A stretch of 64,000 bases of DNA, taken from the NCBI GenBank assembly GCA_964384675.1, contig CAYLNK010000002.1:1516-65515 (forward strand), given 5' to 3'. Positions 38,598 through 46,540 of the stretch are shown here, piece after piece. The DNA comes from an uncultured Holophagales bacterium (GTDB lineage Bacteria; Acidobacteriota; Thermoanaerobaculia; UBA5066). The stretch's first letter is position 1; every line of letters begins with the position of its first letter. The notes beneath the pieces are model-generated. The model ran no database searches, was not told the origin of the DNA, and saw nothing but the letters and a program-made list of their open reading frames with translations. The translations under genes and the position numbers were made by a program.

Positions 38598-39593
38598 ATG
38601 AACGACGAACATCGCTCTCCGGCCAACCCTCCCCCGGCGCACGTGTCGGTCCGCTCGCTCTTCCGTGGGGCGGCGGGCGAGACGTTCGACGAGCGGCTGA
38701 GGCTCATGGCGTCGTCCGACCCGGCCGACTGGGACGGCGTGGCGTTCCCCACCGAGGTGGCGATCGAGCTGGCCGCGCTCTGCAACCTGGCCTGTGTCAT
38801 GTGCCCGGTCCCGACGACGAAGCGGCCGCCGGAGCTGATGAAGGAGAAGCTCTTCCTCGAGACGGTGGACCAGCTCGCCACCGAGAAGGGCTACGTCCTC
38901 CTGCCTCAGGGCTTCGGCGAGTCGATGCTCCACCCGAAGTGGGCGGGCCTCATCGCGGCCGCGCGGGAGCGCGGGATCGGCCCGATCATCATGCTGACGA
39001 ACGGCATGCTCCTCAACGAGAAGAACGTGTCGCGAGTCCTGGAGCTGGACGTCGACGCGCTCGTCGTCTCGATCGACGGCACGACCGCCGCGACGTACGC
39101 GTCGGTGCGCGTCGGCGGAGACCTCGACGTCGTCGAGCGGAACGTCGAGCTCTTCCTGGCGCGGCGTGGCGCCAGGTCCTCCCCGAAGCTGGTGGTGCGC
39201 ATCATCCGGATGCAGGACACGGCGAACGAGATCGACGCCTTCTTCGAGCGGTGGACGCCGCGCCTTCAGGGTGGCGACGAGATCCGGATCAACGAGTACA
39301 ACAACTGGTCGGGGCGCGTCGAGGACAGGGCGGCGGCCGGCGCCGCCGCCCCCGACGTCGCGCACCGCGCGCCGTGCCGCATGCTCTGGTCGAACCTCTC
39401 CGTCCACGCCGACGGCAAGGTGTCGGCGTGCTGCCACGACAGCGAGGACGAGCTCGTCGTCGGCGACCTCGCGGCGGGCGACACGCTCCAGTCGATCTGG
39501 CGCGGAGAGAAGCTGAGGGCCCTCCGGACGATCCACCGCGAGGGCCGCACCGCCGAGCTGCCGATCTGCCGCGACTGCCGCAACTGGACCTGA
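38598..39593 (+). CDS. Radical SAM / SPASM-domain protein (putative peptide- or protein-modifying maturase, anSME-like)
   Basis: CNLACVMC (Cx3Cx2C) radical-SAM cluster motif. C-terminal Cys cluster (CRMLW…SACCHDS…ICRDCRNW) is typical of the SPASM/twitch auxiliary Fe-S domain. Confidence 0.8.
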   Translation: MNDEHRSPANPPPAHVSVRSLFRGAAGETFDERLRLMASSDPADWDGVAFPTEVAIELAALCNLACVMCPVPTTKRPPELMKEKLFLETVDQLATEKGYVLLPQGFGESMLHPKWAGLIAAARERGIGPIIMLTNGMLLNEKNVSRVLELDVDALVVSIDGTTAATYASVRVGGDLDVVERNVELFLARRGARSSPKLVVRIIRMQDTANEIDAFFERWTPRLQGGDEIRINEYNNWSGRVEDRAAAGAAAPDVAHRAPCRMLWSNLSVHADGKVSACCHDSEDELVVGDLAAGDTLQSIWRGEKLRALRTIHREGRTAELPICRDCRNWT

Positions 39594-40720
39594 GCGGGCC
39601 GGCCATCCTTCGCCGAGTCGTCGACCGATTCCGTGGGCTCCTGGGCGCGGGAGCCAGCCGCGACGTCGCCCCGGCGGAGCCGGCTCCGTCCGGCCCGGCG
39701 GGGCCGAGCGTCCTCTACATCCTCCCCGCCACGACGATCTACGGCGGGCACCGGGTTGTCTTCGAGCACGCGAACCTCCTCGTCGCCCGAGGCTACGACG
39801 TCACCGTGGTGAGCCCCGGGCCCGCGCAGCAGTGGCATCCCCTGGTGGCGCGCTATCTCACCGTCGACCTCGACGACCCCGCCTCGATGCCGAAGGCCGA
39901 CATCGTGATCGGCACGTCGTGGACGACGATCCGCGCGGCGGTGGCGACGGGGGCGCCCACGATCTTCCACTTCTGCCAGGGGTTCGAGGGGGTCCATCGC
40001 GAGTACGCGCCGATCCTGCCCAAGATCGACGAGGCGTACGCCGTGCCGATCCCGAAGCTCCTCATCTCGGCGCACCTCGAGCCCGTGCTGCGCGAACGGT
40101 ACGGCTCGCGGTGCTACCTGATCGGGCAGTCGATCGACACCACGATCTTCACGCCCGGACCCTTCCGTGAGGACGCCAGGCCGCTCCGGGTGGGTGTGGT
40201 CGGGCCGTACGGGATCCGCCCCAAGGGGATCGACGAGCTGCTCCGGGGGCTGCGCCTCACGAGGGAGGCCGGGCACGAGATCGAGGTGCACCACGCGTCG
40301 CCCGCGTCCCTGGACGAGGGAGAGGCTGCGCTCGGTGTCACCGACCGCTACTACGAACGCCTTTCGACCGCCGAGATGGCGGAGTTCTACCGGGGCCTCG
40401 ACGTCTACATCCATCCGTCGTGGGACGAGGAGGGCTTCCCGCTGCCGCCGCTCGAAGCCATGGCGAGCGGCGTGGCGGTCGCCCTCACCGACATCCGCTC
40501 GTTCAGGCCGATCCCCGAGGACGCCGCCCTGCGCTTCCGTTGGGGAAGCCCCGAGGCGATCCCGCCGCTCTTCTCCCGCTTCGCCGACCCGGCCACGCGC
40601 CGGCGTCTGCGGGAGGCCGGTCTCCGCCTGATCGCGGACTACCGTCACGATGCGGTGATGGACAAGGTCGAGGAGGCGTTCGCGGCCGAGGGGGCCGGGC
40701 GCCGGCGGGGCCCAGGCTAG
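39590..40720 (+). CDS. Glycosyltransferase family 4 (GT-B fold)
   Basis: Conserved GT4 core through to the EX7E region (HPSWDEEGFPLPPLEAMASGVAV). The N-terminus VLYILPATTIYGGHRVV is typical. Between the rSAM stop and this N-terminus the frame has no ATG/GTG/TTG, only a CTG overlapping the rSAM stop, so the start is unresolved. Confidence 0.65.
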   Translation: MSGPAILRRVVDRFRGLLGAGASRDVAPAEPAPSGPAGPSVLYILPATTIYGGHRVVFEHANLLVARGYDVTVVSPGPAQQWHPLVARYLTVDLDDPASMPKADIVIGTSWTTIRAAVATGAPTIFHFCQGFEGVHREYAPILPKIDEAYAVPIPKLLISAHLEPVLRERYGSRCYLIGQSIDTTIFTPGPFREDARPLRVGVVGPYGIRPKGIDELLRGLRLTREAGHEIEVHHASPASLDEGEAALGVTDRYYERLSTAEMAEFYRGLDVYIHPSWDEEGFPLPPLEAMASGVAVALTDIRSFRPIPEDAALRFRWGSPEAIPPLFSRFADPATRRRLREAGLRLIADYRHDAVMDKVEEAFAAEGAGRRRGPG

Positions 40721-42262
40721 GTGCCGGCGCCACCCCGGAATCGGTTCGAGCGGTTCCACGCCCAGGCGCTCGCGCCCGCCGTCCTGCTGCTGGCGGCGCT
40801 CGCCTCCCTCTTCGTTCTTCGGGGTCACGGGTCGAGCTTCGGCCCCGGGAACCAGGGCTTCCTCTCGTCGCACGGGATGACGCTCGCGGCGAACCTCTCG
40901 CCGCGGCACGGCTTCCTGATGTTCAACCGGATGTCGCTCGGGAAGGACGGGGCCGTCTCGTACGATGCCTACAACAGCTTTCCGCCGGGCGCGTTCGCCC
41001 TGATCAAGCTCGTGACTCTCCCGGTGGGAGAGCTGGGCGTCCAGATCTCCGTGGCGCGCCGCCTGATGATCGCGTTCTTCGCGGGCGCGGCGTGGCTGGC
41101 CTACCTCTCGATCCTGCGGCTCACCCGGAGCCGGTGGGTCGCCGCGACGGCGACGCTCCTGGCGTTCTCCTCGTACTACGCCCTCTACTACGGTGACCTG
41201 ATCTTCAACGACGTGCCGGCCCTGTTCGGTCTCCTTCTCACGTTTCACGGCATGGTGCTCTTCGTCGAGGAGGGTCGTTTCCCGCAGCTCCTCGCCAAGG
41301 CCCTCGGCTCGCTCTTCCTGGGGTGGCAGGTCTACGCCCTGCTCCTCCCGTTCACGTTCCTCGGCTGCGTGCGGGTGTGGATCGACTCGCGGTCGCTGCG
41401 GGCCGCCGTGCGGAGCCGCTTCTTCGGGCTGGGCCTCGCCGCGCTCCTCGGTGGGGTCGCGATCCTCGCCGGGAACCTCCTCAACGAGCGACTGGCGATC
41501 GGCGGACGGCTCGACGACCTGCCGACGTTCCGCCACATGGTGGGGCGCCTCGGTCTCGCGCCCGCCGAGGTGTACGTCCCGTACGCCCACCAGCTCGCCT
41601 TCGGGCCCTTCGTGAAGGACCAGCTCGTGCGGATCGGGCGGATGTCGGTCCCGCACGTCCTCGCCCGGCAGGGACTTCCGTCGGCCACGATCCCCCTGCT
41701 CGGAGGAGCGGCACTTCTCCTGGCCCTGGTGGGCGGGGCTCTGATCCGCCGGGGGGCCCTCGTCGCGAGCCTCGTCCTGTCGGGCCTCTGCTGGGCGATC
41801 CCGATGCGCCACTTCGTGGCCTTCCACGACTTTCAGAGTCTCTTCTGGATCGGCGTTCCCCTGGTCTTCTTCTCGGGGCTCGCCCTTGCCGCCGAGCGGG
41901 CCGGCCGTGGCCCGAGCGTCGGCGTGGCGGCGGCCGCGTTCCTCCTCTTCACCTGCTCCGCCCTCGGCGTCGACCGAATCAAGGACGCCTCCTCCGGGCC
42001 GAACGAGGTCCTGGCCGATTTCCAGAGGATCCGCGACGTGGTCGGAGCCGGCCGTCGGGTCCACGTGGAAGGAGACCTGTATGCCATCGGCGGGGCGTAC
42101 CACGCCGCCGAGTTCTATCTCTCGGGCTGCCATATCCAGCCGACCCCGGAGGAGGCCGACTTCGTCGTCTCTGGCCGCGCGCGGAATCCCGGGGCTCTCA
42201 CGCCCGGCAACGCCGGCGTCTTCCTGTACAGGAGCGAGAAGTCCGCACCCGACCTGAGGTGA
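40721..42262 (+). CDS. Polytopic membrane protein, possible GT-C-type glycosyltransferase / glycan polymerase-ligase-like
   Basis: 513 aa with about 11 TM segments and loops between them. GTG start abuts the GT4 stop (TAGGTG). Family assignment is tentative. Confidence 0.45.
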   Translation: MPAPPRNRFERFHAQALAPAVLLLAALASLFVLRGHGSSFGPGNQGFLSSHGMTLAANLSPRHGFLMFNRMSLGKDGAVSYDAYNSFPPGAFALIKLVTLPVGELGVQISVARRLMIAFFAGAAWLAYLSILRLTRSRWVAATATLLAFSSYYALYYGDLIFNDVPALFGLLLTFHGMVLFVEEGRFPQLLAKALGSLFLGWQVYALLLPFTFLGCVRVWIDSRSLRAAVRSRFFGLGLAALLGGVAILAGNLLNERLAIGGRLDDLPTFRHMVGRLGLAPAEVYVPYAHQLAFGPFVKDQLVRIGRMSVPHVLARQGLPSATIPLLGGAALLLALVGGALIRRGALVASLVLSGLCWAIPMRHFVAFHDFQSLFWIGVPLVFFSGLALAAERAGRGPSVGVAAAAFLLFTCSALGVDRIKDASSGPNEVLADFQRIRDVVGAGRRVHVEGDLYAIGGAYHAAEFYLSGCHIQPTPEEADFVVSGRARNPGALTPGNAGVFLYRSEKSAPDLR

Positions 42263-42308
42263 GCGGCATTCCCTGAGTGCCGCGGCGGGCGCGATACGAT
42301 CCAAGATC

Positions 42309-43331
42309 ATGGCCAGCGAGATAGAGCCCGCGCCGGACGTCTCCGCGTACGACACCGCCGTGCTGTCGGCTGGCTGGACTCCCGAGCTGACCGGGCACGA
42401 GCCGGTCGTGCTCTGGGAGAAGGGCGAACGGACGGGCGGCGCCGTCCTTCTCGTCGCGGGCACCGCTGCCTTCACGATGGAGACGCCGCTCGGGCCGTAC
42501 ACGTTGTGCCAGCTGACCGCGCCATGCCTGGTCGGGGTCGGCGAGCTCCTGATGATCGGATCGGGGCGGCTCCACGGCGTGACGGTGGGACCCCGGTCCG
42601 CGTTCGTGAAGATCCCGGCGAGCGAGCTGCGCCCCCACCTCCTCCACGAGGACCCGGTCGGCGCGTCCTGCCGCCGGCTGGCGCTCGCCTCGCTGGGGCG
42701 CGCCATCCGCCGCACGAACGCTGGGCTGGGCCGCTTCTTCTCGACGCCGGGCAGGGAAGGCGCCGGGCACCTCCCCGGCGCGGGGCCGAAGCCGGCGGCC
42801 TCCGATCCGGCCGACTCGCAGAAGGCGGGGAGCCTCTTCGAGACGCTCGGCCTCGACCCGCGGACGCTCCCGAACCTCGGCCTCCGCGAGCGCCGCTACG
42901 CACCGGGGGAGCGGCTGGCGAGCGAGGGGGAAGAGGCCGACGAGGCGTTCCTCATCGAGACGGGACGGGTGCGCGTGTCGAAGGACATCGCCGGGCAGGG
43001 CGAGGAGGCCCTCGGCTTCTGCGAGGCGGGGGAGTTCGTGGGCGAGATGGCGCTCCTCGACCGGTCGGCGCGCTCCGCGGACCTGATCGCCCACGAGGGA
43101 CCGGTCTCGGTCTTCGTCCTCTCGCGCGACGTCTTTCGCGCGCTGCTGGACCACCCGCCGCGCGGGTCGGCTCCGCTCCTCTCGGGGATCGCCATGGCGC
43201 TCTCGCTCCGGCTCGAGCAGGCGATCAAGAGGTCGGTCGCGTTCTTCGTGATGTCGGGGGGGAACACGTCGTCGGAGATGCCGCCGGCCGGCTTCCTCTT
43301 CGGCGAGGACGAGACGGCCGACGAGGGCTGA
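42309..43331 (+). CDS. Protein with two cyclic-nucleotide-binding (cNMP/CAP-like) domains, no recognisable output domain
   Basis: The C-terminal domain has the canonical FCEAGEFVGEMALLD…RSA signature. The N-terminal domain is degenerate but has similar topology. Confidence 0.6.
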   Translation: MASEIEPAPDVSAYDTAVLSAGWTPELTGHEPVVLWEKGERTGGAVLLVAGTAAFTMETPLGPYTLCQLTAPCLVGVGELLMIGSGRLHGVTVGPRSAFVKIPASELRPHLLHEDPVGASCRRLALASLGRAIRRTNAGLGRFFSTPGREGAGHLPGAGPKPAASDPADSQKAGSLFETLGLDPRTLPNLGLRERRYAPGERLASEGEEADEAFLIETGRVRVSKDIAGQGEEALGFCEAGEFVGEMALLDRSARSADLIAHEGPVSVFVLSRDVFRALLDHPPRGSAPLLSGIAMALSLRLEQAIKRSVAFFVMSGGNTSSEMPPAGFLFGEDETADEG

Positions 43332-43353
43332 CGCGGAGCCGCCCAGGATCCGA

Positions 43354-46300
43354 TTGCTGACCGAATCCCGTCCGCGCGTCGCCCCGGTGGCCCTGCTGCT
43401 CTTCGGCTCCGGGCTCTGCTCCCTCGTCTATCAGATCGTCTGGCTGCGCGAGCTCCGGAACGTCTTCGGGTCCTCGACGCCGGCCACCGCGGCCGTCCTC
43501 GGGATCTTCATGGGCGGGCTGGGGCTCGGGGGGCTGCTGCTGGGGCGGCGGGCGGACCGGCACCGGAATCCGCTGCTCCTCTACGCGAGGCTGGAGGGCG
43601 GGATCGCGGCCGCCGCGCTCCTCACGCTCCCGCTGGTGAGGCTGGTCGAGCTGGCCTACTACGCGAGCGGCGGCTCGCCCGCGCTGGGGATGACCGGTGC
43701 GACGCTCCTGCGCCTCCTCCTCGCCGCGTCGATGCTCGGCGTGCCGACGTTCCTGATGGGCGGGACGCTCCCGGCGGCGGTCCGCGCCGTCCTGCGGCCT
43801 GGCGACGTGAGGCGGCGGGCGGTCGCGACGCTGTACGGCGTCAACACCCTCGGGGCGGTCGCCGGCGTCGTCGGGGCGAACTTCTTCGCGCTCGAGATCC
43901 TCGGCAACCGGCGGACGCTCCTGATCGGTGTGCTGCTGAACCTGCTGGTCGCCATCACCGCCCGCGCCCGCTCGCGGGTCGCCGGCGAGACGGCCGTCGA
44001 TGGGGCCGAGGCGCCCACCCCCTCCGGCTGGCCCGAGACGCCGAGCGGCGGGGCCGCGGGGGTCTTCACCTGGGCGGCGGCGGCGGTGGCCGGCTTCTCG
44101 TTCCTCCTCCTCGAGCTGGTCTGGTACCGGATGCTCGCGCCGATCCTCGGTGGCTCGACGTTCACGTTCGGCCTCATCCTGGCGACGGCGCTCCTCGGCA
44201 TCGGACTCGGCGGGCTTCTCTACGCGCTCTCCGCCGGCGACCAGCCGGCGTCCCTGCCTCTGTTCGCCGCGACCTGCGGGCTCGAGGCCCTCGCCATCGT
44301 GGTCCCGTTCGCCCTCGGGGACCGCCTGGCCGTGCTGGCGGCGCTGCTGCGCCCCCTGGAGACGCTCGGTTTCACGGGCAACCTGATCGGCTGGTCGCTC
44401 GTGTGCGGCGCCGTCGTGCTCCCCGCGGCGATCGTGTCGGGGGTCCAGTTTCCCCTCCTGATCTCGCTCGCGGGCGCGGGGCGGGACAACGCCGGCCACG
44501 ACGTGGGGCGGGTCTACGCGTTCAACACGCTCGGTGCCATCGCGGGCTCTCTGGCTGGCGGATTCGGCCTGATGCCGCTGCTCACGGCTCCCGGCTGCTG
44601 GAAGCTGGCGGCGTGGCTGATGGTCGTCCTGTGCGCCGCGTCGGCGCTCCTGGCGTTCCGTGCGCGCCGTCCCGGCTGGAGCGGACCGGTCTTCGCGGCG
44701 AGCGCGGCGCTCCTCCTCCTCTCGGCGCGTGGCCCGACGGCCGTCTGGCGCCATTCGCCGATCGGGGCGGGCCGGATCGACCTGACCCACAAGACCACCA
44801 ACGAGGTGCGCGACTGGATGGCGCACGTGAGTAGCGGCCCCGTCTGGGAGACCGAGGGCGTGGAGAGCAGCATCGCCCTGGACGGTCTCGACGGCTACGC
44901 GTTCATCGTGAACGGCAAGTCCGACGGCAACGCGGTCGGCGACGCCCCGACGCAGGTGATGGGCGGCCTCCTCGGGGCCCTTCTCCACCCCGGGCCGAAG
45001 CGCAGCCTCGTGGTCGGTCTGGGGACCGGGAGCACCGCGGGCTGGCTGGGGAAGGTGCCGGGCATGGAACGCGTCGACGTGGTCGAGATCGAGCCCGAGA
45101 TCCGGGAGGTCGCGGCGCGGTGCGCGGCGGCCAATCAGGACGTCCTCGGGCAGCCCAACGTCCGGATCGTCTACGGAGACGCGCGCGAGCTGCTCCTCGT
45201 CACGCGGGACCGCTACGACCTCGTCTTCTCGGAGCCGTCCAACCCGTTCCGCGCGGGGATCGCCAGCCTCTTCACCGAAGAGTTCTACGGGGCCGTGGCC
45301 CGGCGGCTGACGGAAGGCGGCGTCTTCGTCCAGTGGGTCCAGGCGTACGAGATCGACGCACGCACGGTCGAGACGATCATGCGGACGCTCCAGGGCGCGT
45401 TCGGCCACGTCCAGGTGTGGCAGACGATCGACAAGGACATGGTCCTCGTCGCGTCCCGGGCCGCGCGACCGGTCGACGCGGACGAGCTCCGGAGGCGGAT
45501 CGCCGGGGAGCCGTATCGCGCGGCGCTGCGCATCGCGTGGCGCGTCGACTCGGTGGAGGGGCTCCTCGCGCACCTGGTCGCGGACGACACGTTCACGCGA
45601 CACGTCGCGACGTACACGGCGAGCCCGGTCAACACGGACGATCGGAACGCGGTGGAGTTCGGGCTGGCCCGGAGCGTGGGCCGCGGACGGGGCGACGTGG
45701 TCGCGGAGATCCGGGCCGCCGCCGCGCGGCTCGGCATGCGGGACCGTTCGTTCCGGGGGGCGTTCGACCCGGAGCTGGTCCGGCGCCATCGGACGACCTC
45801 GCCGTTGATCGCCGGGACGGACGTGCTCGAGGACCCCCGGATCGCGAGCGTGGTCTCCGCTCATCGCGACGGCCGTTACGCGGAGGCGGGCCGGCGCTTT
45901 CGGGAGCTCGGTCTGACGCCGGCCTCGCACGCGGAGACCCTGATCGCCGCCGAGAGCTTCGCCCGCACCGGAGACGACGCCTGCCTCCCCCTTCTCGGGC
46001 CGCTCCGCGAGTACGACGCCGTCGAGGGGCACCTCGTGGCCGCGACCTACCTGGACGCGAAGGGCCGTCCGGACGACGCCACGCGCGCCCTCGCGGCCGG
46101 CTTCCGGCTCTGCCGAAGCTGGCCCTGGGCCGACACGGGCCTCCTGTTCCGCGCCGTCGGGCTCGCCAACGAGCTGGTGACGGGCGCCGCGAGCGCGGCC
46201 GCGGTGGAGGCGCTGGCCGAGGCCGTCGACGAGCCGTTCGTCCTCCACCGGCTCGGGGAGGTGCGCCGGCTCCTCGTCCTGAACGTCGCCCGGCGCCTCG

Positions 46301-46509
46301 AGAAGGGGTGCGGACCGCGGGTCATGAAGGCGCTCGCGCTCCAGGAGCCGCACGTGCGGATGAGGGCCGACCTCCTCGACATCCGCGCGGCGTGCTACGC
46401 GGAGAATGGCCACCCGCTGGCCGCGCTCGCCGCGCGGGAGCGCGACGAGTTCCGAGAGGGGGAGCCCCAGGTGCTCGGTAGTGACCTGCCTGCCCCCCGG
46501 CCGCGCTGA
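43354..46509 (+). CDS. Fused membrane (MFS-like) domain / spermidine-synthase-like (SpeE-fold) / TPR-like C-terminal protein
   Basis: About 8 N-terminal TM helices. Central Rossmann region VVGLGTGSTAGW…VDVVEIEPEI…VYGDAREL…DLVFSEPSNPF matches the polyamine aminopropyltransferase fold. Helical-repeat C-terminus. Confidence 0.7.
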   Translation: MLTESRPRVAPVALLLFGSGLCSLVYQIVWLRELRNVFGSSTPATAAVLGIFMGGLGLGGLLLGRRADRHRNPLLLYARLEGGIAAAALLTLPLVRLVELAYYASGGSPALGMTGATLLRLLLAASMLGVPTFLMGGTLPAAVRAVLRPGDVRRRAVATLYGVNTLGAVAGVVGANFFALEILGNRRTLLIGVLLNLLVAITARARSRVAGETAVDGAEAPTPSGWPETPSGGAAGVFTWAAAAVAGFSFLLLELVWYRMLAPILGGSTFTFGLILATALLGIGLGGLLYALSAGDQPASLPLFAATCGLEALAIVVPFALGDRLAVLAALLRPLETLGFTGNLIGWSLVCGAVVLPAAIVSGVQFPLLISLAGAGRDNAGHDVGRVYAFNTLGAIAGSLAGGFGLMPLLTAPGCWKLAAWLMVVLCAASALLAFRARRPGWSGPVFAASAALLLLSARGPTAVWRHSPIGAGRIDLTHKTTNEVRDWMAHVSSGPVWETEGVESSIALDGLDGYAFIVNGKSDGNAVGDAPTQVMGGLLGALLHPGPKRSLVVGLGTGSTAGWLGKVPGMERVDVVEIEPEIREVAARCAAANQDVLGQPNVRIVYGDARELLLVTRDRYDLVFSEPSNPFRAGIASLFTEEFYGAVARRLTEGGVFVQWVQAYEIDARTVETIMRTLQGAFGHVQVWQTIDKDMVLVASRAARPVDADELRRRIAGEPYRAALRIAWRVDSVEGLLAHLVADDTFTRHVATYTASPVNTDDRNAVEFGLARSVGRGRGDVVAEIRAAAARLGMRDRSFRGAFDPELVRRHRTTSPLIAGTDVLEDPRIASVVSAHRDGRYAEAGRRFRELGLTPASHAETLIAAESFARTGDDACLPLLGPLREYDAVEGHLVAATYLDAKGRPDDATRALAAGFRLCRSWPWADTGLLFRAVGLANELVTGAASAAAVEALAEAVDEPFVLHRLGEVRRLLVLNVARRLEKGCGPRVMKALALQEPHVRMRADLLDIRAACYAENGHPLAALAARERDEFREGEPQVLGSDLPAPRPR

Positions 46510-46540
46510 GGCGGGATCCCCTCGTCTCGGGATCCCTTCG

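Noticed and set aside
38534-39590. Upstream part of the 728-aa ORF 38534..40720 in the GT4 frame overlapping the rSAM gene
   Set aside because: The rSAM frame (38598..39593) carries the recognisable motifs. The overlapping frame is Arg/Gly/Pro-rich junk.
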